From Clostridia bacterium (GTDB lineage Bacteria > Bacillota > Clostridia > RUG12999), in contig JAZQCS010000071.1 in NCBI GenBank assembly GCA_045546415.1, positions 1 to 55,853 of the forward strand: DNA of 55,853 nt, written 5' to 3'. The notes under the pieces are model-generated. The model was not told the DNA's origin, searched no databases, and was given only the letters and a program-made list of their open reading frames with translations. How positions within the stretch are numbered: position 1 is the first letter of the stretch; every line of letters begins with the position of its first letter. Both the position numbers and the translations under genes were made by a program. Of this stretch, positions 20,878 through 29,933 are shown piece by piece.

Positions 20878-20998
20878 AAAGGCTCCCCTGTGTAAGGGGA
20901 GCTGTTAGCCGACAGGCTGACTGAGGGGTTGTTTGGGCTGGTTTTAACCAATCCCTCCGCCCCTTCGGGGCACCTCCCTTTACACAAGGGAGGCTTTT
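20878..20998. repeat. Clostridial palindromic interspersed repeat (two inverted half-units, REP/MITE-like)
   Basis: AAAGGCTCCCCTGTGTAAGGGGAGCTG...GAGGGGTTG inverted against CAATCCCTCCG...CACCTCCCTTTACACAAGGGAGGCTTT, each half with internal hairpins; related units at 55744-55853. Confidence 0.8.
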
Positions 20999-21123
20999 GG
21001 GGCCTGCCTCAACAGTGGGAACACAAAAGGAAATTGGGACAAATAAAAAAGAACGCTACGGTCTTTTTTTATTTTGCATTAAAAGATTTCAGAAAAACTC
21101 ATCTAAATTGTGCACAATTTATA

Positions 21124-21152
21124 TTGACATTAAAATATCAATGTGCTATAAT
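21124..21152 (+). promoter_or_regulatory. Sigma-A promoter for the antiporter-ClC operon, overlapped by an imperfect palindrome
   Basis: TTGACA-17-TATAAT with extended TG; ATTGACAT-N4-ATATCAAT dyad covers the -35 and spacer. Confidence 0.8.
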
Positions 21153-21219
21153 TAGTTGGTTGTTTTTTTCATATATTTATATGTACTTTATATGTACTTT
21201 GATTGTGGAGGTAATGAAA

Positions 21220-22524
21220 ATGTACACACTTTTAGCAGTTTCAATTGCACTTATGGCAGGTCTGCTTATGACCCGTGCTTTTAAACCTTTAAAGCTCCCC
21301 TCGGTTACGGCTTACCTTATTGCCGGCATACTGATAGGACCTTACTGTCTCGGTCGTCTTGGCGTTGAAGGTATCGGTTTTTCTTCTCACGAGGCGGTTG
21401 AAAGCCTTGCCCTTATTTCCAATGTTGCCCTTGGCTTCATTGCCTTTTCAATAGGCAGCGAATTCCGTCTTGATGAGCTTAAAAAAACAGGAAAACAGGC
21501 ACTTGTTATCGGTATTGTTCAGGCACTTGTTGCAACCCTTTTAGTTGACCTTGCACTTTTCGGTCTTTTTGCTTTAATGCCCGGTGCCATTACCGTTCCT
21601 CAGCTCATAACCCTTGGCGCAATTGCAACAGCAACAGCACCTGCGGCAACTCTTATGGTTGTTCGTCAGTACAAGGCAAAGGGTCCCCTTACCGACCTTC
21701 TGCTTCCCATTGTTGCTCTTGACGATGCTGTTGGTCTTATAGTTTTTGCGGTTTCCTTCGGTATAGCAAAATCCCTTATTCAGGGCAGAGTTGATTTAGT
21801 TTCAATTATTGTTAACCCCATTATAGAAATTGTGCTTTCTCTTATTCTGGGCGCCTTTATGGGTTGGGTTCTCACTCAGCTTGAAAAAACCTTCAACTCC
21901 AACACAAACCGCCTTAATATGACAATTACCATTGTAATTTTCACAGCGGCTCTTTCTATGCTTAAATTTGAAATTGGTCCCGTACACATCGGCTTTTCTT
22001 CACTTCTTACCTGTATGATGCTGGGTACTGTTTTCTGCAACATATGTCCCCTTTCCCACGACCTTATGGAAAAGGCAGACAAATGGACCTCTCCGGTTTT
22101 TGCCCTGTTCTTTGTTATCAGCGGTGCAGAGCTTGAGCTTGGCGTTTTCAAAAGCTGGGTGGTTGTTGTAATCGGCATAGTTTACATTGTTTTCCGTTCT
22201 CTCGGTAAATATATCGGTTCGTTTATAAGCGCAAAAGCAACAAAATGCTCACCCGAAATATGCAAATACTTAGGTATTACCCTTCTTCCCCAGGCAGGTG
22301 TGGCACTTGGTATGTGCTCCATTGCAGCCGCAGAGCTTCCCGGTCAGGGTGACCTTATCCGCAACATTACACTTTTTGCGGTTCTTATTTACGAGCTTGC
22401 AGGTCCTCTTATGACCCGTCAGGCACTTAAAGCCGCAGGAGATATCAAGCCTATGACCGACGAGGTTAAAAACCGCCGTCAGGCTAAGCTTGAACACGCA
22501 AAAACTCTGAAGGAAGAAAAATAA
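21220..22524 (+). CDS. Cation:proton antiporter (CPA2/Na+/H+ exchanger family)
   Basis: LPSVTAYLIAGILIGP, ALGFIAFSIG, ATAPAAT, VALDD, many TM helices; GGAGG RBS before ATG 21220 (the long ORF extension runs through a repeat). Confidence 0.9.
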   Translation: MYTLLAVSIALMAGLLMTRAFKPLKLPSVTAYLIAGILIGPYCLGRLGVEGIGFSSHEAVESLALISNVALGFIAFSIGSEFRLDELKKTGKQALVIGIVQALVATLLVDLALFGLFALMPGAITVPQLITLGAIATATAPAATLMVVRQYKAKGPLTDLLLPIVALDDAVGLIVFAVSFGIAKSLIQGRVDLVSIIVNPIIEIVLSLILGAFMGWVLTQLEKTFNSNTNRLNMTITIVIFTAALSMLKFEIGPVHIGFSSLLTCMMLGTVFCNICPLSHDLMEKADKWTSPVFALFFVISGAELELGVFKSWVVVVIGIVYIVFRSLGKYIGSFISAKATKCSPEICKYLGITLLPQAGVALGMCSIAAAELPGQGDLIRNITLFAVLIYELAGPLMTRQALKAAGDIKPMTDEVKNRRQAKLEHAKTLKEEK

Positions 22525-23768
22525 TGAATTCTTCAACAAAGCATATTTTTAATTTCATAAAAACCGTTCTGGTGTGGATTGGAATCGGCATACTTGCAGG
22601 TGTTCCCGGCGGAATTACCGGCAGCCTTTTCCATCACTGTGTGGACCACGCAACAGCCTTACGCACCGCCTCCCCGTGGCTTTTGTTTCTGCTTCCTGCA
22701 GGCGGTGTTGCAATTGCCCTTATGTACCACCTTTTCCGCAAAAAAGGAAGCCTTGGTACCGACCGCATCCTTAAATGTGCAAAGGGTGAGGACACAGTGC
22801 CTCTTGTAACAGTTCCGCTTATTTTCATAAGCTCGGTTATTTCCCACCTTCTTGGTGCCTCAGTTGGCAGAGAGGGTGCGGCTCTTCAGCTTGGCGGAGG
22901 CATAGGCTACAACCTGGGAAAGCTTTTAAGGCTGAACGGGAAAAATCTGCGCATATTTGTTATGGCAGGTATGTGTGCGGTTTTTTCCGCACTTTTCGGA
23001 ACCCCTGTTACTGCGGTTTTCTTTGCAGTTGAAGTAACCTTTATGAAGGTTATGCATTACGGTGCATTGCTTTCCTGCACCGTTTCCTCTCTTTGTGCCT
23101 TTATAATTGCAAATATGGCAGGTCTTACTCCAATCCGCTTTTCCCCGGAGCTCCCTCAGGGAGTGGATTTTCCCACCACTCTGCGTGTAGCTGTGCTTGG
23201 TGCTTTGTGCGGTGCAGTCAGCATACTTTTTGTTGTTGCCTTACACAAAACAAGTCACCTTGGGGAAAAATTCATACCAAACCCTTTCCTCAGGGCATTT
23301 GCCGGAGGCTTAATTATAATTGCACTTACCCTTCTGGTTGACAGCCGCGATTATAACGGTGCCGGTATGGATATAATTGCCCTTGCAATGAACGGTACGG
23401 CTCGCCCTGAAGCCTTTTTATTGAAAATTGTTTTCACCGCGGTTTCGGTAGCCGCTTGCTTTAAGGGTGGCGAAATTGTCCCTGCCTTTTTCACGGGCTC
23501 AACCTTTGGTTGCTTTATGGGAGGTCTCCTTGGACTTGACCCGGCATTTGGTGCCGCAATAGGCTTTGTTTCAGTATTTTGCGGAATTGTAGACTGTCCC
23601 GTGGCTTCGCTTATTCTTGCTCTTGAGGTTTTTGGCGGAGGCTCTCCTCTTTATTTTGCTCTTGCAGTTGCAATAAGTCACATTCTTTCCGGCAATTTCA
23701 GTATTTATAAAACCCACGAAAAATCCTGTACTAACCTTGAAAAGCGGTTTGAAATTGATTTTGAATAA
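22524..23768 (+). CDS. ClC/EriC-family chloride (or fluoride) channel/antiporter
   Basis: ASVGREGAALQ, FSALFGTP, FKGGEIVP, hydrophobic profile. Confidence 0.9.
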   Translation: MNSSTKHIFNFIKTVLVWIGIGILAGVPGGITGSLFHHCVDHATALRTASPWLLFLLPAGGVAIALMYHLFRKKGSLGTDRILKCAKGEDTVPLVTVPLIFISSVISHLLGASVGREGAALQLGGGIGYNLGKLLRLNGKNLRIFVMAGMCAVFSALFGTPVTAVFFAVEVTFMKVMHYGALLSCTVSSLCAFIIANMAGLTPIRFSPELPQGVDFPTTLRVAVLGALCGAVSILFVVALHKTSHLGEKFIPNPFLRAFAGGLIIIALTLLVDSRDYNGAGMDIIALAMNGTARPEAFLLKIVFTAVSVAACFKGGEIVPAFFTGSTFGCFMGGLLGLDPAFGAAIGFVSVFCGIVDCPVASLILALEVFGGGSPLYFALAVAISHILSGNFSIYKTHEKSCTNLEKRFEIDFE

Positions 23769-23773
23769 AGAGA

Positions 23774-23798
23774 AACTCCTGTGCAAAGCACAGGAGTT
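23774..23798. terminator. Hairpin between convergent genes (probable terminator)
   Basis: AACTCCTGTGC-AAA-GCACAGGAGTT perfect 11-bp stem. Confidence 0.65.
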
Positions 23799-23847
23799 CA
23801 GACCACTGACAAACTCGCGAAATATACCTTCGTTTCTCAGCGTATGT

Positions 23848-25191
23848 TCAGTTTATTCGCAGTCCTTTCGGAAAATGATTTTTCAGCACTCCGTTTGAGG
23901 CTTTTGCCCATCCGAGAGGCAAGCCGTCACACACTACTGCTGTCCAGCCTTTACCTTCACCTTCAAGGATTTCACCGTGAAGGTATTTTTTTATATCCTC
24001 ACTATGGGCGGAAAACTCTGCAATTGACACAAACTCTTTGGGAGAAAGAGCGAGAGCCAGGGCATGAGCGGGCTCGAATCTGCCTTTTTTACACAGCCCC
24101 AGGTGAAGCCCCGGCTGAATAATTTTCAAGCCTTCAAGGTTTAAGGGAACCGGCATAAGATACAAATTTTCACCAAAAAGCACAAACTCACCGCAAAGCC
24201 TTGTTTTAAGGGCTTCCTTTTCAAAGCTCCGGTAAAGCTTAACTGCCTCATCAAGCCCTTTCGAGGGCTTATTTTTATTTTGTACGCAGGCTTCGCCTTC
24301 CCCTTGTTTCCTGAAAAGTGCAAGAAAATGTCCTTCACCCCGGTTTTTGTGCGGAAAAATTCGTTTTGTGCCCGAAAAATCCCGGTCCGAACCAATATAT
24401 TCCCCTTTTCCTTCACTTAGCATTGGAAGGTTTAATGCTACCAGCTCCATATGAGGGTATTTTTCAAGAACATATTCACAAACCCCCTCGTTTTCGCAAG
24501 GAGCAAAGGTGCAGGTAGAATACACAAGCATACCGCCCATTTTAAGCATTTTCACCGCACTGTCCAGAATGTTTTTCTGCCTTGCCGCACAGGAAAGGGT
24601 GTGCTCCTCGCTCCACTCGGTAACAGCCTGAGGCTCCTTACGGAACATTCCTTCCCCGGAGCAGGGCGCATCCACAATAATTTTGTCAAAAAATTCCGAA
24701 AAACGGTTCTCAAGCTTTTCGGGGCTTTCGTTTGTAACAACAGCATTTTTAATGCCCATTCTTTCAATGTTACCGGCAAGGATTTTTGCCCTTGCGGGTA
24801 CAATTTCGTTTGCTACAAGAAGCCCTTTCCCCTGCAATTTCACACCGGCCTGAGTAGCTTTACCCCCCGGTGCAGCGCACAAATCCAGAACAAAATCACC
24901 CGGCTGAATGTTCAGCACTTCAGCCACCGCCATTGCAGAGGGCTCCTGAAAATAAAGCAAGCCTCCCAGATGGTACGGGTGATTTCCTGAAATATCTTTT
25001 TTTGAGATGTAATAACCCTCACCGCACCAGGGTACCCGGTGAGTTAAAAAAGCCGGTTTGTTTGCGGATTTCAAAGAGTTAAGCCGTACACCCTCCGCCG
25101 GGTTACCCTCTGTGAATGCAGAAACAAAAGCGTCATATTCGGTTTTTAACATTTCCCTCATACGGGATTCAAATTTTGGCGGAAGGTTCAT
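23848..25191 (-). CDS. RsmF/NOL1/NOP2/Sun-family rRNA m5C methyltransferase
   Basis: YFQEPSAM, LDLCAAPGGK, DAPCSGEGMFRK, YSTCTF, C-terminal LKNHFPKGLR; ATG 25191 after AAGGAG. Confidence 0.93.
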   Translation of the reverse strand: MNLPPKFESRMREMLKTEYDAFVSAFTEGNPAEGVRLNSLKSANKPAFLTHRVPWCGEGYYISKKDISGNHPYHLGGLLYFQEPSAMAVAEVLNIQPGDFVLDLCAAPGGKATQAGVKLQGKGLLVANEIVPARAKILAGNIERMGIKNAVVTNESPEKLENRFSEFFDKIIVDAPCSGEGMFRKEPQAVTEWSEEHTLSCAARQKNILDSAVKMLKMGGMLVYSTCTFAPCENEGVCEYVLEKYPHMELVALNLPMLSEGKGEYIGSDRDFSGTKRIFPHKNRGEGHFLALFRKQGEGEACVQNKNKPSKGLDEAVKLYRSFEKEALKTRLCGEFVLFGENLYLMPVPLNLEGLKIIQPGLHLGLCKKGRFEPAHALALALSPKEFVSIAEFSAHSEDIKKYLHGEILEGEGKGWTAVVCDGLPLGWAKASNGVLKNHFPKGLRIN

Positions 25192-25216
25192 AAGCGCTCC
25201 TTTTTGAGATTTATGT

Positions 25217-25347
25217 TGCGGGCGGATGATATGATAGCCGCCCCTGCGGGTTGAATTTGGTTGTCTTGTAGGGGGGTCTCCGTGCCCTCCCGAAACAAAA
25301 TGCAACCATATACAAAACGGGCGGGGACAGAGCCCCGCCCCTACGGG
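25217..25347. repeat. Cluster of GTAG-type REP-like palindromes (inverted doublet plus a degenerate unit)
   Basis: GTAGGGGGGTCTCCGTGCCCTCCCG (from 25268) inverted against CGGGCGGGGACAGAGCCCCGCCCCTAC (to 25344); degenerate GCGGGCGGAT...CCGCCCCTGC at 25217-25247. Confidence 0.75.
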
Positions 25348-25351
25348 TTAA

Positions 25352-25586
25352 TTATACCTTATAACGGAAGTTGAATCTACCGATTGGGGCTGTAACTCCG
25401 TTACCAACGTTAACTTTGTTTTTCCGTTAGTTGTGCACTTATACTACACTTTGTATCTGAAATTGAAACGCCCGATTGGTGCTGTAACTCCGTTACCAAC
25501 GTTAACTTTGTTTTTCCGTTAGTTGTGCACTTATACTACACTTTGTACCTGAAATTGAAACGCCCGATTGGGGCTGTAACTCCGTT
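25352..25586 (-). repeat. 92-bp-period tandem array: three copies of the last 17 codons of the upstream gene separated by two identical 41-bp spacers
   Basis: Copies at 25352-25402, 25444-25494 and 25536-25586 all translate NGVTAPIGRFNFRYKV*; spacers 25403-25443 and 25495-25535 = ACCAACGTTAACTTTGTTTTTCCGTTAGTTGTGCACTTATA. Confidence 0.95.
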
Positions 25587-27683
25587 AACATAAAAGTCCA
25601 TAATGTCACCAATTTCACGCTTACCTGTGAAGGCGTTATCCGACCATTTGAACTCAAAATCAAGCCCATCGCCTTCAACACCCAGAAGCTTTTTGGGAAC
25701 GGCAATCTGTACAAAATCGCCTTTAATCTGTTTTTTAACGGTGCCCACCTTTGTCCATACGAAGGCATTTTCAGATTTCTGAAGCTCTTTTCCGCAGATA
25801 CGGAATTCATAGCCCTCCCATCCGGTTTCCTTGCTTCTGTCCATATCAAGATAAAGCACCATACAGTTGGGAGTATCTGTACCCACAATTTTATCCGAGC
25901 ATTTTGCGTAGAAATAAAGGTTATCCTTATCTCTGGCAACACGGGCTTCTATAATATCATTTCTGCCGGTTTCATTCTGGTACTGAATGGTGGGGCCGTA
26001 ACCGGGATACCGACGCACCTGGGTTGTACCCTTCATATTAACAAAGGCGGGTTTAACGGTTTTCCACTGTTCTTCCCCTGCTTTCAGGTCTATGGTCTTT
26101 TTGCCGCTTGGTTTTTGGGGTTTTTTGGTGCCTTTGAATTTTCTCACATTGGCAATCATCTGCAGATAATAGGTATCAAGATAACCGTCGCAGTCGGGCT
26201 CAATGTCACGGCTGTGCTCATAGTCAAACTCATCCACAAAAGCAATCTGCGGACCTTTGGTTTCGTCCTCAATCCAGTTATCGTGGCATCTGCCCATTAT
26301 CCACTCGTTCCAGCCGCAAAGGAAAACAATGTCGGGGTCCGCTTCAAAGGCGTTGTCCCACTGTTCCTGGAAATTGTAGCCGTATTTATAGGAATCCTCT
26401 GTGAGCAGAGCGTGTTTGTCCTTAAAGGTATAGCTTCTGCCGTAGGTGCCTTTGTTGTTAAAATATGTACAGGCTTTTTCGTCGTTACAGTTCTGTGCAA
26501 CGCCTACGGTCATCTGCTCAAAGGTGCCGTCCTCACGAACGCAGTATTTATGCTGAGGTGCGGCTTCAAGCCAGCCCCAATCCACATTGCTCCGAGGACC
26601 TGCTTTATAGCTTGGCTGAGGCGGACGGAAGGTGAAAAATTCTCTTATTTCATTCAGGAACTTTGTATCCTCTTTTGAAAAACCCACGGGGGAAATTGCG
26701 GTTTTGTGTCCCATAATAAGGGGTTTTCCTTCATGGTAGAACCACAAATCGGAATAAAGCCCGGGCTTATAAATATCCATATAAAGGCTACGGAGCATAT
26801 GCTCGGTTGCCGCCGAGGAATTAAAGCTCATAAGGAAGGTTACCTTCGGCACATCAATGCCATCTGCCTTAGCAAGACGGAAACCTTCAAAAAGAGCACG
26901 GTAAGCCTCTTTTTTACTGCCCGAAACATTGGTGCAGTCAAAGGCAATGAAATCAATTCCTGCAGCCGCAAGCATTGCCGCGTGTTTACGGATAACATAA
27001 GGGTCGGTTGGACGGTAATAGCCAAACAGAGGCTCGTTCCAGTAGCAGCTGCCCGGGTGCCATACGGGGTGGTTATAATCCATTACCGCATCGGGGAACT
27101 GTTTAAGAATTTTTGTTACATTCTGAGGCTCTGTGCCGGCATCTGCCTCGTGCCAGTTCCAATAAAACAGACCTACCTTTTTACCTGTGGGGTCGGGACA
27201 CTCCTCTGCCGAGGGAATGTGTCTGCCAAGCATATCGGTGGCTTCCCAGGTATCGGGCAGAACACCGCGCTGTGCGGATTTTGGCACGGGACGGTATTCC
27301 TTACGGTCGTAAGGGCTATCGGTGGTAAACTCAAACTGCCAGAAGGGGCCTTTTGTGTGGAAGATAATATAAACATCGTGAACGCCTGTGGTTTTTACCA
27401 TTTCCTGCCACACGGTGTAGAAATTGCCGAAACGGTCCTGTGATGCGCAGGCAACAATACAAAGCACCTTACCCTGAAGGCTGTCAAGACGCACCTCAAC
27501 AAGACCTGTGCCCCAGCTTACTGTACCGTGGGTAATTTTAAAGCCGCGTTTACCTTCACCGAAATCAATATTCTTAAGAATGGCGTAATCGCCTTCTATT
27601 TGACCAACCTGCAAAAAGCCTTTGTTGGATATGTAAGCTTTTCCGCAGGGAACGGCACTTTGTGCCTGTAAAATTGTATCCAT
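25536..27683 (-). CDS. Putative glycoside hydrolase: N-terminal CBM6-like module + GH99/GH71-like TIM barrel + C-terminal beta domain (paralogue 2)
   Basis: CBM6-like IDFGEG...VEVRLDSLQG...TGVHDVYIIF; catalytic-like GLFYWNWH, EPLFGYY, RKHAAMLAAAGIDF, GWNEW, SRDIEP; no signal peptide visible; ATG 27683 after AAGGTG. Confidence 0.7.
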   Translation of the reverse strand: MDTILQAQSAVPCGKAYISNKGFLQVGQIEGDYAILKNIDFGEGKRGFKITHGTVSWGTGLVEVRLDSLQGKVLCIVACASQDRFGNFYTVWQEMVKTTGVHDVYIIFHTKGPFWQFEFTTDSPYDRKEYRPVPKSAQRGVLPDTWEATDMLGRHIPSAEECPDPTGKKVGLFYWNWHEADAGTEPQNVTKILKQFPDAVMDYNHPVWHPGSCYWNEPLFGYYRPTDPYVIRKHAAMLAAAGIDFIAFDCTNVSGSKKEAYRALFEGFRLAKADGIDVPKVTFLMSFNSSAATEHMLRSLYMDIYKPGLYSDLWFYHEGKPLIMGHKTAISPVGFSKEDTKFLNEIREFFTFRPPQPSYKAGPRSNVDWGWLEAAPQHKYCVREDGTFEQMTVGVAQNCNDEKACTYFNNKGTYGRSYTFKDKHALLTEDSYKYGYNFQEQWDNAFEADPDIVFLCGWNEWIMGRCHDNWIEDETKGPQIAFVDEFDYEHSRDIEPDCDGYLDTYYLQMIANVRKFKGTKKPQKPSGKKTIDLKAGEEQWKTVKPAFVNMKGTTQVRRYPGYGPTIQYQNETGRNDIIEARVARDKDNLYFYAKCSDKIVGTDTPNCMVLYLDMDRSKETGWEGYEFRICGKELQKSENAFVWTKVGTVKKQIKGDFVQIAVPKKLLGVEGDGLDFEFKWSDNAFTGKREIGDIMDFYVNGVTAPIGRFNFRYKV

Positions 27684-27724
27684 AAAAATCACCTTATTAA
27701 AACTTTTTATATGTGTTCATTTAT

Positions 27725-27757
27725 GCGGGCGACCACACAGGGTCGCCCCTACTACGG
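27725..27757 (-). repeat. GTAG-type REP-like palindrome immediately after the stop codon
   Basis: Minus strand CCCGTAGTAGGGGCGACCCTGTGTGGTCGCCCGC. Confidence 0.78.
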
Positions 27758-27758
27758 G

Positions 27759-29909
27759 TTATACCTTATATCTGAAATTGAACCTTCCAATGGGCGCTGC
27801 AACGCCATTAACATAAAAGTCCATAACATTATCCTTGAAATCGGGGTTTGTGAAGGCGTTATCACTCCACTTGAACTCAATATCAAAGCTGTCGCCCAGA
27901 CCTAAAAGTTTTTTGGGAATGGCAATCTGCACGAAATCACCCTTTATCTGCTTTTTAACCGAGCCAACCTTTGTCCATTCAAAGGCGTTTTCGGATTTCT
28001 GCAGCTCTTTTCCGCAAACACGGAATTCGTAACCTTCCCAGCCTGTTTCCTTGCTTCTGTCAAGGTCAAGGTAAAGCACCATACAGTTATCTGTATCTGT
28101 GCCAACGATTTTTTCCGAGCATTTTGCATAGAAATAGATATTGTCCTTATCCCTTGCAACACGGGCTTCGATAATGTCGTTTCTGCCGGTAAGGTTCTGA
28201 TATTTAAGAGTTGCACCAAAACCGGGATATGAACGGTAAGGTGTTGAGCCCTTGGGGTTCATATACACGGGAGCAACCTTTGCCCATTGCTCTTCCCCTG
28301 CTTTAAGGTCGATTGTCTTTGCGGCACTTGCTTTGGGGAGCTTGTTTGTACCCTTGAATTTACGGATATTTGCCGCCATCTGCAGATAATAGGTATCAAG
28401 ATAGCCGTCACGGTCAGGCTCAATATCACGGCTATGCTCACGGTCGTACTGGTCAACAAAGGCAATCTGTGTACTGCCTTCCTCTTTAATCCAGGGATTT
28501 GTGTGTCTGCCCATTATCCATTCGTTCCAGCCGGTAATGAAAATATGGTCGGGGTCGCCCTCTAAGGCGTAATCCCACTGTTCCTGGAAATTGTAGCCGT
28601 ATTTGTAGGAATCCTCCGTAAGAAGGGAATGACCGTGCTTATAGGTATAGCTTCTGCCGAAGGTATCCTTTGCATTAAAGTGGGTGCAGGTGCGCTCGGC
28701 GTTCTGGTTCTGTGCCACGCCAACTGTCATCTGCTCGCAGGAGCCGTCCTCACGAACAACATATTTATGCTGAGGTGCGCTTTCAAGCCAGCCCCATTCG
28801 GTGTTGTTATAATCGGGACGGGGACCGCATTTGTAACCGGGCTGACCGGGACGGAAGGTGAAAAACTCACGGATTTCGTTTAAGAACTTTGTATCTTCAT
28901 CGCTGAAGCCCTTTTCGGGAAGTGCGCCGGGGTCAGCCATAAGCATAGGCTTGCCGTTTACTCTGAACCAAAGGTCGGAGAACAAACCGGGCTTGTAAAT
29001 ATCCTGATAAAGGCTGCGGAGCATATATTCGGTGGTGGGGCTCTTCCAGAAATTCATAATGAAGGTAACCTGAGGCACCTTTATGCCGTCCATTTTTGCA
29101 AGGCGCAGACCTTCAAAAAGTGAACGGTACGCCTCTTTTTTGGTGCCTGAGCCGTTGGTGGTATCAAAAGCAAGGAAATCAACACCTGCACTTGCAAGCA
29201 TAACGGCGTGTTTACGGATTATGTAAGGGTCGGTATCACGGTAATAGCCAAACAGAGGCTCTCCCCAGTGGTTGGGGCCGGGCTTCCATACACGGTGATT
29301 TATGTCCCATTCCGCTTCGGGGAATTCCTTGAGTATCTTGGTTAAGTCCTGAGGCTCACATCCTGTATGTGCCTCGTGCCAGGTCCAGTAAAAAATACCT
29401 ACCTTTTTATCCCGTTTGTCGGGACATTCCTCGGGAGAGGGCATTTTTCTTCCAAGCATATCGGTTGCCTCCCAGGTATCCGCCATAACATTACGGATAG
29501 CTTTGTCGGGTACGGGAGTGTAGTCCTTATTCTTATAAGGGCTGTCGTTTGTAAATTCAAAACGGGTGTATTCCGCTGTGCCGTGGAAGAACAGATAAAC
29601 ATCGTGAATACCTGTCGTTTTGGTGATTTCCGCCCAGATGGTGTAAGAGTTGCGGAAACTGTCCTGAGATGCACAGGCAGGTACACCTATAACCTTGCCC
29701 TTCTCACTGTCAATTCTTATTTCAACAAGGCAAACGCCACCCTGTGCGCCTATATGGGTAATTCGTATACCCTGCTTACCCTTGCCGAAATCCACGCCCT
29801 TTAAAACGGCGTAGTCGCCCTCTGCCTGACCAACCTTAAGTGTACCCTGATTTGTAACATAGGTTTTACCGTAAGGTATGGCATTTGTTGCCTGCATGAT
29901 TAATTCCAT
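27759..29909 (-). CDS. Putative glycoside hydrolase: CBM6-like + GH99/GH71-like (paralogue 1)
   Basis: Colinear with 25536-27683 along its whole length (DTWEATDMLGR, EPLFGYY, GWNEWIMGR, APIGRFNFRYKV); GGAGG RBS. Confidence 0.7.
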   Translation of the reverse strand: MELIMQATNAIPYGKTYVTNQGTLKVGQAEGDYAVLKGVDFGKGKQGIRITHIGAQGGVCLVEIRIDSEKGKVIGVPACASQDSFRNSYTIWAEITKTTGIHDVYLFFHGTAEYTRFEFTNDSPYKNKDYTPVPDKAIRNVMADTWEATDMLGRKMPSPEECPDKRDKKVGIFYWTWHEAHTGCEPQDLTKILKEFPEAEWDINHRVWKPGPNHWGEPLFGYYRDTDPYIIRKHAVMLASAGVDFLAFDTTNGSGTKKEAYRSLFEGLRLAKMDGIKVPQVTFIMNFWKSPTTEYMLRSLYQDIYKPGLFSDLWFRVNGKPMLMADPGALPEKGFSDEDTKFLNEIREFFTFRPGQPGYKCGPRPDYNNTEWGWLESAPQHKYVVREDGSCEQMTVGVAQNQNAERTCTHFNAKDTFGRSYTYKHGHSLLTEDSYKYGYNFQEQWDYALEGDPDHIFITGWNEWIMGRHTNPWIKEEGSTQIAFVDQYDREHSRDIEPDRDGYLDTYYLQMAANIRKFKGTNKLPKASAAKTIDLKAGEEQWAKVAPVYMNPKGSTPYRSYPGFGATLKYQNLTGRNDIIEARVARDKDNIYFYAKCSEKIVGTDTDNCMVLYLDLDRSKETGWEGYEFRVCGKELQKSENAFEWTKVGSVKKQIKGDFVQIAIPKKLLGLGDSFDIEFKWSDNAFTNPDFKDNVMDFYVNGVAAPIGRFNFRYKV

Positions 29910-29933
29910 AATTTTTACCTCCCGTTGGGAAAT

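Noticed and set aside
20929-21219. N-terminal extension of the antiporter in the ORF track (similar extensions at 25192-25305, 31179-31217, 34330-34488, 42108-42197)
   Set aside because: Extensions run through repeats, promoters or neighbouring genes; better RBS-supported or motif-supported starts lie downstream.
21000-21219. Fluoride or c-di-AMP riboswitch ahead of the antiporter-ClC operon
   Set aside because: The predicted leader is about 60 nt, AT-rich and shows no aptamer consensus.
25403-25535. Mini CRISPR array (41-bp repeat with 51-bp spacers)
   Set aside because: Only two repeats, the intervening sequences are copies of the same coding end, and no cas genes are present.
25352-25586. 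Diversity-generating retroelement TR/VR pair
   Set aside because: Both copy-2 differences are at adenines, but they are synonymous and only two. The distal copy differs at non-A positions and there is no reverse transcriptase in the window.
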